Positions 1-11,140 of a stretch of DNA of 64,000 nucleotides are shown in pieces. The position numbers and the translations under genes are program-made. A model generated the notes under the pieces. That model was not told the DNA's origin. It worked only from the letters and a program-made list of their open reading frames with translations, and ran no database searches. The stretch's first letter is position 1; every line of letters starts with the position of its first letter. Origin of the DNA: Mobula hypostoma. Taxonomy: Eukaryota. The DNA lies in assembly GCF_963921235.1 (NCBI RefSeq), contig NC_086097.1, positions 97,466,001 to 97,530,000 on the forward strand. The letters run 5' to 3'.

Positions 1-296
1 GGATGGAGCCAAGAGCTGGACAGGTGATTGACAAAAGGGATATGAGAGGATCATGGGACAGGAGGTCTGGGGAGAAAGACAAGGCCGGGGGGAACCCAGA
101 GGATGGGCAAGGGGTATAGTCAGAGGGACAGAGGGAGAAAAAGGAGAGTGAGAGAAAGAATGTGTGTATAAAAATAAATAACGGATGGGGTACGAGGGGG
201 AGGTGGAGCATTAGCGGAAGTTAGAGAACAACACCTTATATTCCATCTGGGTAGCCTCCAACCTGATGGCATGAACATCGACTTCTCTAACTTCCG
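1..296 (-). mobile_element. Penelope-like element 3' region with local inversion
   Basis: 1-228 is the reverse complement of the 3' UTR at ~3226-3460. ~225-296 is a forward copy of ~3169-3239. Confidence 0.85.
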
Positions 297-574
297 ATTA
301 CTGCGAACTGAACTGAACTAAATTGAACTGAACTTTGTATCACTTTGAAACTGTCATTTACCCCTAGACAACGATAAAGCTTGATCGATCCTGTTACCTT
401 AATTCTGTGTACATGTATGTTTATCATTGCTGAACTGTTGCATTCATTATCCTTTTCATTAGAGTACTGTGTTGTTTGTTTCTTTAATAAAACTTTCTTA
501 GTTCTAGTAATCCAGACTCCAACTGAGTGATCCATTTCTGCTGGTTTGGCAACCCAGTTACGGGGTACGTAACA
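295..574 (+). mobile_element. 3' portion of an LTR (same family as solo LTR 44508-45363)
   Basis: Closely matches ~45091-45363, contains AATAAA and ends ...GGGGTACGTAACA. Confidence 0.85.
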
Positions 575-938
575 GATCTGAACATCTTGGTTTAAATAAG
601 TAACTCAATGAACTTTGCAGGTTTTGAACATTCCCCGTGTGACTATTAATGGTTGAAAATCATGACATTACAGTATTGAGGTCAAGTATTCCTTTGGATT
701 GACAGAGATCCTGGACAGCAGAAGCTGGAATATTGGTTGCTGTTGCAGAGGCTCCCAACAAACTGGTGGGCTAGATTTACTCTGGGAGGAAGCAATTTGT
801 TATGTAACTTCTGATTAAATTTTCAAGAGAATGAAAGTGATCAAGGAATGTAGAAAGAGTAATTTTGTGAGTTGATAGACACCAAAGCCAATGGTAAGCA
901 ATACATCTCTAGTATTTCTTAAAGCTTTCAACTTATTG

Positions 939-2145
939 TGTTGTGTATTTAATATTTCAGTAATATTAAATATTCCGTAATATTCAGAAGTTCTCCATCT
1001 GCCTGCACCTCAGGAAGATTACCACCCTCCCCGCATCACCATCGATGAGGTAGAGCTGAAGACAGTCCACCAGTTCAGCTACCTGGGGTGCACCATCTTG
1101 TCAGATGCCAAGATCGACAAAGAGATTGACAACAGACTGGCAAAGGCAAACAGCGCATTCGGCAGGCTGTACAAAAGAGTCTGGAACAACAAGCATTTGA
1201 AGAAAGGCACAAAGATCAGTGTGTACAGAGCCGTTGTACTGACCACCCTCCTGTACGGCTCCGAGTCATGGTTAAGTGAGGCTATTTGCTATTCATGCAT
1301 TTATACACATAACAGGTTATGAATAGCAAATAGCCTCACTTAAAGTAATATGTTGGTTGACCGTCAACACCTACGACTCCTTGAGCGTTTCCACCAGTGC
1401 TGCCTCCGCACCATCCTCAACATCCACAGGAGGGACTTCGTCACCAACATCGAAGTCCTCGAACAGGCGGAGGTCACCAGCATCGAGGCCATGCTGTTGA
1501 AGACGCAGCTGTGCTGGGCAGGGCACGACTCCAGGATGGAGGATCATCGCCTGCCAAAGATTGTGCTGTATGGCGAACTCTCCACTGGCCACAGTGACAG
1601 AGGGACACCAAAGAAGAGGTACAAGGACTCTCTGAAGAAATCCCTTGGTGCCTGTCACATTGACCATCACCAGTGGTCTAACCTCGCCTCCGATCGCGAG
1701 GCCTGGTGACACACCATTCACCAGTCCGTCTCCTCCTTCGAGAACACACCCAGGGCTGACATTGAGGACAAAAGGAGAAGGAGGAAGAACCGTGACACAG
1801 CAGCACCAAATCCAGAACAGAATTTCCCTTGCAGACACTGTGGTCTGACCTGCCTGTCCCGTATTGGCCTCGTCAGCCACCAGCGAGCCTGCAGCGGACG
1901 TGGGCAGCCCCCTTCCTAAATTTTCGTTCGCAAAGCCAAGCCATGACGAATGTTTGAGTAATCTTGTACATATGTTGGTTGACTAAGCATTTTTGTCCAT
2001 TTTAATAATACATAACAGGTTATGTGTATAAATGCATGAATAGCAAATAGCCTCACTTAAAGTAAACAGGAAGGCAGACTCACATTTCGGAGTCCTGTGT
2101 CTTCCTTTGAATCAGTTTGATATTTTGAAGTTACAACACATAACA
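939..2145 (+). mobile_element. Solo LTR interrupted by an RTE; related to the LTRs of 32046-33504
   Basis: TGTTG...TAACA termini with 5-bp TSD TATTG (934-938 and 2146-2150). Ends resemble the reverse complement of 32046-32298. Confidence 0.75.
986..1949 (+). mobile_element. 5'-truncated RTE-clade LINE (C-terminal region of the RT ORF)
   Basis: Translates FSYLGCTI...KANSAFGRL...LLYGSESW...RLPKIVLYGEL and a terminal C2H2-like motif. Disrupted by an insertion at ~1272-1360. Confidence 0.9.
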
Positions 2146-2307
2146 TATTGGCTGGTAGGTTTACTTTTTGCTGTCATTATTATATCACCACATAAAATAT
2201 TCAGGTAAGCACTATTTAATTGGTGACAGGACATCTGGAAAGCAATTCATTAACAACAAAGGCAAAAAAAAGTCCCCCCAGAGGCTGATCCAGTTTCTGC
2301 TGTTAGA

Positions 2308-3674
2308 GGAACACACATAAAAGTTGCTGGTGAATGCAACAGGCCAGGCAGCATCTCTAGGAAGAGGAAGACTCTCACAGCTATCTGGACTATTCCTCTT
2401 CTCACCCTGTCTCTTGCAAAAACGCCATCCTCTTCTCGCAATTCCTCCGTCTCCGCCGCATCTGCTCTCAGGATGAGGCTTTTCATTCTAGGACGAGGGA
2501 GATGTCTTCCCTTTTTAAAGAAAGGGGCTTCCCTTCCTCCACTATCAACTCTGCTCTTAAACGCATCTCCCCCATTTCACGCACATCTGCTCTCACTCCA
2601 TCCTCCCGCTGCCCCGCTAGGAATAGGGTTCCCCTGGTCCTCACCTACCACCCCACCAGCCTCCGGGTCCAACATATTATTCTCCGTAACTTCCGCCACC
2701 TCCAACGGGATCCCACCACTAAGCACATCTTTCCCTCCCCCCCTCTCTGCATTCCGCAGGGATCGCTCCCTACACAACTCCCTTGTCCATTCGTCCCCCC
2801 CATCCCTCCCCACTGATCGCCCTCCTGGCACTTATCCGTATAAGCGGAACAAGTGCTACACATGCCCTTACACTGCCTCCCTTACCACCATTCAGGGCCC
2901 CAAACAGTCCTTCCAGGTGAGGCAACACTTCACCAGTGAGTCGGCTGGGGTGATATACTGCGTCCGGTGCTCCCGATGTGGCCTTTTATATATTGGCGAG
3001 ACCTGACGCAGACTGGGAGACCGCTTTGCTGAACACCTACGCTCTGTCCGCCAGAGAAAGCAGGATCTCCCAGTGGCCACACATTTTAATTCCACATCCC
3101 ATTCCCATTCTGACATGTCTATCCACGGCCTCCTCTACCGTAAAGATGAAGCCACACTCAGGTTGGAGGAACAACACCTTATATTCCGTCTGGGTAGCCT
3201 CCAACCTGATGGCATGAACATCGACTTCTCTAATTTCCGCTAATGCCCCACCTCCTCCTCGTACCCCATCTGTTACTTATTTTTATACACACATTCTTTC
3301 TCTCACTCTCCTTTTTCTCCCTCTGTCCCTCTACCTATACCCCTTGCCCATCCTCTGGGTCCCTCCACCACCCCCCCTTGTCTTTCTTCCCGGACCTCCT
3401 GTCCCAAGATCCTCTCATATCCCTTTTGTCAATCACCTGTCCAGCTCTTGGCTCCATCCCTCCCCCTCCTGTCTTCTCCTATCATTTTGGATCTCCCCCT
3501 CCCCCTCCCACTTTCAAATCCCTTACTCACTCTTCCTTCAGTTAGTCCTGACGAAGGGTCTCGGCCTGAAACGTTGACTGCACCTCTTCCTAGAGATGCT
3601 GCCTGGCCAGCAGCGTTCACCAGCAACTTTTATGTGTGTTGCTTGAATTTCCAGCATCTTCAGAATTCCTGTTG
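2308..3674 (+). mobile_element. Penelope-like element (RT thumb, GIY-YIG endonuclease, 3' pLTR), 5'-truncated with inverted 5' end
   Basis: VPLVLTYHP and GVIYCVRCSRCGLLYIGET motifs. 12-bp flanking duplication TCTGCTGTTAGA at 2296-2307 and 3675-3686. ~2310-2367 is an inverted copy of ~3583-3640. Confidence 0.92.
3544..3579 (+). ncRNA. Minimal type I hammerhead ribozyme motif in a Penelope pLTR
   Basis: AGTC-CTGACGA-AGG(gtctcgg)CCT-GAAA-CG-TT-GACT. Core and stems I and II are intact, with a palindromic ACGT at stem III. Confidence 0.75.
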
Positions 3675-4154
3675 TCTGCTGTTAGAAGGTTGATTTAAAC
3701 AATGCTGCTTCAACTTTTCTGCTCAGTGGCCAATGCAACAACAAGGTTAATAAAACAAAAGTACTGGAAACACTCATAACTGGATGAAAAAAAAACAAAT
3801 AATGTTTTGAGGCAGGGTCTGTGATCTGAAATATTAATCTTTCCATAGATGTTGCCTTACCGCTGAGTGTTCCCAGCATTTTCTGTTTTTATTTCATAGT
3901 CATACTTTATTTCTAGCATCTGCAGATAGTTTGATGGTCATTTATTGTATGGTAAAGTTCAACATATATAAATAATGTTGAAATGCTGCCTTTCCACTGC
4001 TAATTCATAACTGAGGGTGATCTCTCAGTCTAGTGCACATCAGAATAAATTTGCTTTCTGTTTTTGTACTATTTTTCCTATGGTGTAAACAGCCTCACCA
4101 TTCCTGTAACAATGGGGTACATGACCATGTCTACGTAATTGTCTCTTCTCAGTC

Positions 4155-4480
4155 AACGGCCCTTCAATGTCAAGAATGACTTGCTTTCACCACAGTTTTT
4201 GTTGGGACTGAGGCAGTGTGATTGCAGATGCTTATACAGATTAAGCAGGAGATGTCTGATGTGGTGGATGAATGAGTAGTTAGCGGCCAGGTGCTCTTAA
4301 ACGTTCATGAAAGGCTTCTATGAGTTCCTGACGCAGAGACTTGAGGTTTTCAAAACCATCCTGAATGCTGCCTCTCTACTCAGAGCAGTCGTAGGCCAGG
4401 GATTCTGAAGAGTCTGTGGGATGTTGCGCTTTTGCAAAGAGGCTTTGAGTGCATCCTTGACTCTTTTCCTCGGTCCTCTT
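4155..4480 (-). mobile_element. Degraded RTE LINE 3' end
   Basis: Reverse strand reads GPRKRVKDALKASLQKRNIPQT-like and ends in an RTE-like tail. Confidence 0.55.
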
Positions 4481-5450
4481 CGTTAAGGAGAGAGGAAGGA
4501 TCAGGATGGCAACATGTAGAAGTGTTGACATGATGACAAGACAAGTAATGTGTGGCTGTCTTACAGTATTGAAAGATCTTATTTTAAAAAAGTAATTTTC
4601 AAATAATGTTGATATTGAGGTTTTCTTTATAATTCTGAATTGTTTTATAGAATATTTCTGTCACTAACAGGGCCTACAACTGTTGGGTTGGATTTCTCAC
4701 TGCATAGCTTTGAGCATGTTTATAGAAGTCCTGAACATATGACCAGTTTATGACTGAAAACTATAAGTTACAAGCTTTTGAGTAGAGTAACTTGAGAATC
4801 TTGCAACAGCAATGAAATTTCACCAAGTAGATTCCCTCAGACTTATGGTTGTAGGTTGTTTGAAAGATCCACTGGTTCATTCTGGGATGAGATAATCTAA
4901 ACCAGGCAGAACTAATGATGGTTCTATAGAGATGGAATGTAAAATGCACTATTTCTGGAAATAATAATTATGGAAATTTTGCCTCAGCACATCATAACCA
5001 GAATTTTGACTTGTATCTACCCTGTGAGAAGGACAATGGATGTCATTTAACATTGGTTAGATTGTTCTTTGACCTACTTTATGTTAACCCTTAGATAATG
5101 AATGCGTAGCTGCCTGTTGAGTGCAACACCATCGCTGTCCTCTGTTTGCTCGTCCTGTTAACCATTGTTTAGTACAGATAACATCTGTAGGTCACCACAT
5201 TTCAGAATGTAGGTCACCACATTGCAAAAGAGCTAGATTTATGTTTGTGACAGTACTGTTGAACCCTTTCCACCAAAGAGTCTGTCAGAGCTAGAAATGT
5301 GTCACTTTGGCCCTGCCACATCTTCATCACATAGCACTCAAGCCTCACTGCAACACAACAGGGGCCCTGAGAGATGCAACATGAAACAGCCCTTCAGCCC
5401 ACTAAATCTGTGACAACCATCAAGCATTCACTTTTATATTAATTCTACAG

Positions 5451-5583
5451 TGTAATGTATTGCGTGAGTATTCGTAGCGTCAGAGTGCGTATGACGTCAG
5501 GACGTGGAGAAGTAAAATGGAAGCCTGGTGAATAAACGTGGTTGTTCAATCTACAGCGGTGTCCAAGTCACATCAATATTACA
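5451..5583 (+). repeat. 5' LTR of Gypsy element
   Basis: TGTAAT...ATTACA; five substitutions relative to 9865-9997 by eye. Confidence 0.95.
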
Positions 5584-5595
5584 TGGTGTCAGAAG
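5584..5595 (+). promoter_or_regulatory. Primer binding site, tRNA-Leu type
   Basis: TGGTGTCAGAAG directly after the 5' LTR, complementary to the tRNA-Leu 3' end (CUUCUGACACCA). Confidence 0.85.
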
Positions 5596-5629
5596 AGATC
5601 ACAAAAGAAAAGGAAGAGAAGACACGTAA

Positions 5630-6410
5630 AAGATCTCACAGTTACAGCCAGCGTCAAGTTTAAGCCTCCAAGGTAATCTTGCTGAGAACTGGAAAATATG
5701 GATCCAGAAGTTTGAGCTGTTTTGCACCGCTACCGGCGCAGCTGAAAAGACGGAGAAGGTGCAATGTGCTATGTTTCTGCATGTGGCAGGAGAGAGGCAA
5801 TAAAGGTTTGCAACACGTTTGTCTTCCAAGATGATGAGCAAGATAAAATTGAAGCATTGAAGAAAAAGTTTCAAGGTTACTGCAAACCGAGAAAAAACCT
5901 ACCGTACATCCGACATATGTTTTTCACGAGGGCTCAAGGGCCAATAGAGACCATAGACACCTATGTAACACATTTGAAGAACAAGGCATTAAAGACTGTG
6001 AGTTTGGACAACTGCATGACTCTTTAATACATGACAGGATTGTATGCGGCATACGAGATGATCAAGTGAGAGGCAGGCTATTGAGAGAGGCGGATCTTAC
6101 ATTAGAAAAGGCAACTGATGTTTGCCGTGCCAGCGAGATCACGTCAAGTCAGGTTAAGGTGCTCAATGAAGAGATTGAAGTGCACAAAATAAAAACAGTG
6201 AAACAAAGCCAGCTCCACAGGACGATCAAAAGGAAGTTAACTGCAACAGATGTGGTTATAAACATGGATACAGAAAATGTCCAGCCTTTGGTCAGATATA
6301 CAAGTTATGCCAGAGAAGAAATCACTTTGCAAAGGTATGCAAATCGAAGGAGCATGCAAGGAAAATGCATGCTGTGGAACAGAGTGAGGGCAACAGTGAC
6401 GTGTTCATTG
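5630..6410 (+). pseudogene. Gypsy gag remnant
   Basis: LQGNLAENWKIWIQKFELF...RGRLLREADLTLEKA spread across several frames. Confidence 0.8.
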
Positions 6411-6571
6411 TACACATCCCACCCTGCAAAATCTCATTTCAGGGAGGTAGCACCCCCGCCCCCCGCAACCCCATATTCCCCCCCACCCCCCGGTCGACCT
6501 CCAAGGGCGCATGTATACAGGACATTTGATTATGAAAGAACACAACAATTTATTTGACACATATTGAAACT

Positions 6572-6610
<39 letters not shown>

Positions 6611-7521
6611 ATATATATATTCCTTGTTGAGCATTTTGTTGGCAATCTCAATGCTAATGCAAATAGCTTTTCTATTTCATTTGCAAACTTTCCTTGTAGT
6701 GTGATGTGGCTCTGCTGAAAAGAACTGTGAAATACTTGAGCAGCCTTCCCAGTGATTAGCCTCCCTAATATGTTGTGGTCCCTAAAAGAAATAAAAGCAT
6801 AAGGTGTATCCTTATTATATTGTCTTATGTAATACTTTGTTTAGTGATTTTGTCTAATCTGTAAACCAATCTGTAAACTGTAAACTGGGTATATGCAGAA
6901 AATGTGACATTAAAATACAGTATGTACTTATATATTATCATGGAGTCATTTTTTTAAATTCTATTACAACTTTAAGCACATCTACAGGGAGTTTGGTCTC
7001 ATCACGTATGACATCAATAGAGTAGCTCCTTAGCAGCTGGCCAGCTAGTTTAAGTAACGTTAACTATGCTAATGAACGAATGACACCTGTTAAACTCACC
7101 TCAACATGTCTTTTACAGTCCTAACCCACCATGGGCAATAGAAAAGTCACTGTTGCAAACAGTGCAGCGAGCAACACTGTCATTATTTTGACCCCTATTA
7201 GGCAGAGGTACACTTTAGTGCAGTCTGGGGTGAAGTGCGTTTTATATTTTCTTTTTTTGAAACACTTTGCCATGGCGGTGCAGGACAGAAACTGAACTGA
7301 TGGAGAGACAGAGGTCGACTGCAAAGCCCGCCCGCAGAGAAAACTGGTAGGTCTACTTAGCACAAAGAGACCAATCAGGATGCTCGCTCTTGCTCCTGCT
7401 CCTGCTCCCGCTCTAGCTCTCCCTCACATTTCCGGGATATTGTAAATAATTTGTGGGTGTCAGGGAGCTGCTATTAATATGCGAGAGACTCCCGGAACTT
7501 CCGGGAGAGGTGGGATGTCTG
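6411..7521 (-). mobile_element. Non-autonomous hAT-like DNA transposon with 6-bp TSD, nested in Gypsy
   Basis: TIRs TACACATCCCACC / GGTGGGATGTCTG. TSD TCATTG (6405-6410, 7522-7527). Removing it restores DVFIGTVEV. Carries a zinc-finger transposase N-terminal remnant on the minus strand. Confidence 0.8.
6576..6606. repeat. (AC)n microsatellite
   Basis: Direct dinucleotide run. Confidence 0.95.
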
Positions 7522-9600
7522 TCATTGGCACAGTTGAAGTGGAACAGGAGGTACGCATCAAGAATATTGACAATGCAGAGATGGAGGATGAAGACGATTG
7601 GACTCAAGCTCTGATAATAAACAGGAGGAATGTGACATTTAAGCTTGACCCTGGGGCAAAGTGCAATGTAATGTCAACAGAAACATTCAACTCACTGGAC
7701 ATCAGAGGAAGACTGAGAAAATACACCTGCAAGCTTGTTGCATATTTTGGCCACAAGACGGCGCCACTGGGCAAAAAAGCACTCACCTGTGTGTACAAAG
7801 GTCAACAATACAAGATCGAGTTTGAAATAGTACAGCAACATGTTCCAGCAATACTGGGCAAAGCAACATGCACAAAGCTAGGCCTGGTGAAGCCAATCTA
7901 TGGTGTTGAAAAAGAAAATGACATTCTCAAAGACTTTGATGACCTGTTTTCTGGATTAGGATGTTTACCAGGGAAACACCATATTCAGATTGATCCAACT
8001 ATTGCACCAGTCGTGCATGCCCCAAGAAAGATTCCAGTAGCTCTCATGGATCGAGTAGTGGAGGAGCTACACAAAATGGAACAGATGGGAGTCATAACAA
8101 GACAAATAGAACCGGCCGACTGGGTGAATAGTATGGTGACAGTGGTCACAGAAAAAAAGATGAGGATTTGCATGGATCCACAAGATCTCAACCAAGCCAT
8201 CAAAAAAGAGCACTATCCACTGCTCACGGTTGAAGAGGTTGTCTCCCGCATGCCTAATGCAAAATACTTTTCAGTATTAGACGCAAATCAAGGTTCTGGC
8301 AGATCAAGCTGGATGAAGAAAGTTCCAAATTATGCACTTGCAACATGCCCTTAGGGAGATATCATTTCCTGCGTCTACCCTTTGGCATTTCTTCTGCATC
8401 AGGGTATTCCAGAGATCCGAGGCACAAATGATTGAAGGCCTGGACGGGGTGGTCAACATCATTGATGATTTGCTGATATGGGGTGACACAATTGAGGAAC
8501 ATGATCAGAGACTGAGGAAACTCCTGGAGAGAGCACGTGAATACAACTTAAAACTGAACAAAAGTAACTGTAAGATCAGAACTACAGAGATCAAATACAT
8601 AGGTCATGTACTCAGTGCTGATGGGCTAAAACCAGATGATGAGAAGGTCAGAGCTGTGGTACAGCTACCACTACCAGGAAGACCATGGGAGAAGATTGGC
8701 ACAGATCTCTTTCACTACAATGGTGCAGAATATCTGCTTTGTGTGGACTACTATTCAAAATATCCGGAGATCACCAAGTTAAGTGACACATCCAGTCGAG
8801 GTGACATTACCACAATGAAGTCGACATTCACAAGACATAGTATTCCAGATATTGTCGTTAGTGACAATGGTCCACAATATGCCAGTAGTGAGTTCAGAGG
8901 GTTCTCAGAAAGCTGGGAATTTCAACATGTTACTTCCAGTCCAGGGCACGCTCAGCCTTATGGACAAGCAGAGAGAACTGTACAAACTGTCAAGAACATG
9001 CTCAAGAAGGCACATAGCAGCAACGGTGACCCTTACATTGCTCTGCTTGAATACCGCAATGCACCAATTGAGGGTGAGGGGTTCTCTCCTGCGCAGCTGT
9101 TGATGGGACATTGTCTGAAGTCCAAACTGCCAACATCCACAACTCTACTGACCCCTGAAGGTAATGCTCAAGTACATGACAAGCAAAAGTACAAGCAAAT
9201 AAAGCAAAAGAGCTACTGTGACAGACATACAAGACAGTTGCCAGATCTGCATACAGGTGAAAATGTCAGAGTACAGAGAGAAGACACTTGGCAACCAGCT
9301 GTGGTTGTGAACAGACATCAGCAACCAAGATCCTTCATAGTTCGCACGCCGGATGGAAGAGTCTACAGGAGGAACAGGAAGCATCTGCTGAAGACAGGCG
9401 AGAGCGAGTTTCCACGCACAGATGCACAGGACATTTCCACAGATACAGACATGGAAACAAACGACACCAAGAGTGATGCAGACGGCAAAGACACAGAGGT
9501 CACTGGAGAGACTGACACGGATGAAGGACAAGCACAGTCACAGTTGTATCACACACGGTCTGGGAGACAAGTCAAACTTCCAGCTCGATACAGAGACTAG
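7522..9600 (+). pseudogene. Gypsy pol remnant (protease, RT, integrase; RNase H missing)
   Basis: ORFs 7479-8354 and 8332-9600 with frameshifts near 8290-8410. Confidence 0.9.
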
Positions 9601-9853
9601 ACATACATACAGTCTCACACAGTTTGAGGCAAAGTCACACATGTCATAAGTTCCAAGGTGTGAAATAAAAGGTTTATTAGTCTATGTTAGTAAAAGAAAA
9701 TACACTGCTGTTAGTATTGTAAGATACAATGCAGAATACAGTACAAGGTAAGATTTTTTTTAGTTTATGTCATGGTTGTTGCACTGTAAGAAGGGCATAC
9801 CTAGAGGCATTGTTTTGGCAATTCACAGTGATGTAAAAAGAAAAAAAAATCTT

Positions 9854-9864
9854 GAGAAGGGGGA
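9854..9864 (+). promoter_or_regulatory. Polypurine tract
   Basis: GAGAAGGGGGA immediately before the 3' LTR. Confidence 0.85.
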
Positions 9865-9997
9865 TGTAATGTATTGTGTGAGTATTCGTAGCGTCAGAGT
9901 GCATATGACGTCAGGACGTGGAGAAGTCAAATGGAAGCCTGGTGAATAAATGTGGTTGTTCAATCTACAGCGGTGTCCAAGTCACATCAACATTACA
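9865..9997 (+). repeat. 3' LTR of Gypsy element
   Basis: Near-identical to 5451-5583. Confidence 0.95.
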
Positions 9998-10169
9998 TAC
10001 ATTATCGGAGATTATTCTCCCTATGTTCTCATCAACTGCCCTCAACCCAGATTCTCCCACTCACCTACACACAGAGTAACTTACAGTGGCCAATTCATCT
10101 ATGAATTTTGGGATTGGGAGGAGAGAGGACATATTCCACGTTGATGGCACTTCATTCCACGTAGATGGC

Positions 10170-10798
10170 GGGAGGAGAAGATGGCGACGTGACGCAGCGC
10201 GCGCAGCTCTCCAGTGAAATGATATCGTATTTGTAAATAGGATGCCGTGCACAATTCGGATTTGATGGAGACAGACGTGAGAAGGCACGGAGGAACATCT
10301 GGAGAAATTCCTGAAATGCCCGGTTCGCTGCCGCTGTTTCTGTGCGATCGAGAATCTCCGGAGGAAAGGCCCCAAAATCCCCGGCTTTGCCTGCTGCTGG
10401 TGACCGAGGCTGGGGTTGAAGCGTTCGGCAGAGATGGTGCTCGTTACTCGGTGTCGGAGGGCTGATCAGAGCTCGAAGTTTTCGGACGACTCGGAGTCGG
10501 ACTGTGGTTGGGCATGGTAGGGAGAGTTTTCTTCTTTCTCCCGTCTGTGTGAGATGTGGGACTTTCGAGAGACTTTGAACTTTTTTACTGTGCCATGACC
10601 TGTTCTTCATCAAGTTATGGCATTGTTACACTGTTGTAACTATATGTTATAATTATGTGGTTTTTGTTAGTTTTTCAGTCTTGGTCTGTCCTGTGTTTCT
10701 GTGATATCACACCAGAGGAATATTGTATCATTTCTTAATGCATGTATTACTAAATGACAATAAAAGAGGACTGCGTGTCCTCATAATCTAATCTAATC
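10170..10798 (+). mobile_element. Non-coding retroposon, ~630 bp (GGGAGGAGAAGATGGCG head, (AATCT)n tail)
   Basis: A colinear homolog with the same head and tail lies at 53482-54140. Confidence 0.75.
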
Positions 10799-10910
10799 CA
10801 AAACAGTATGGCTGGAGCTGTAAAGCAGCAGCTGTACTCTTTGCATCACTGTGGTCCCTGCTGTGGTCAACTAAGCAAGTCAGGATGTGGTACTTACTAC
10901 TTAGAGCTTG

Positions 10911-11140
10911 TGCAGTAGGCCCCCCCCCACCCCCATACCAGATGGTGTTGTAGCCTGCCAGAATGCTCTCCACGGTACATTTGCAGAGGTTTCAAGTGTT
11001 TGGGTTGATAAACCAAATCTCCTCAAACTCCTGATAAAGTATAGTTGCTGTCTTGCCTTCTTTACAGCTGCATCAATACGTTGGGACCAGGTCAGATCCT
11101 CAGAAATACTGACACCCAGGAACTTGAAATTGCTCACTGT
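10911..11140 (-). mobile_element. Rex1/Babar-like LINE fragment
   Basis: SNFKFLGVSISEDLTWS...KKARQQLYFIRSLRRFG. Confidence 0.75.

Larger units (their letters stand above)
5451..9997 (+). mobile_element. Gypsy/Ty3 LTR retrotransposon with both LTRs, degenerate gag-pol
   Basis: 133-bp LTRs (TG...CA), PBS, PPT, imperfect TSD TACAG/TACAT. Order is gag, protease (FKLDPGA), RT (IIDDLL), integrase (VDYYSK, SDNGPQY). Confidence 0.95.
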
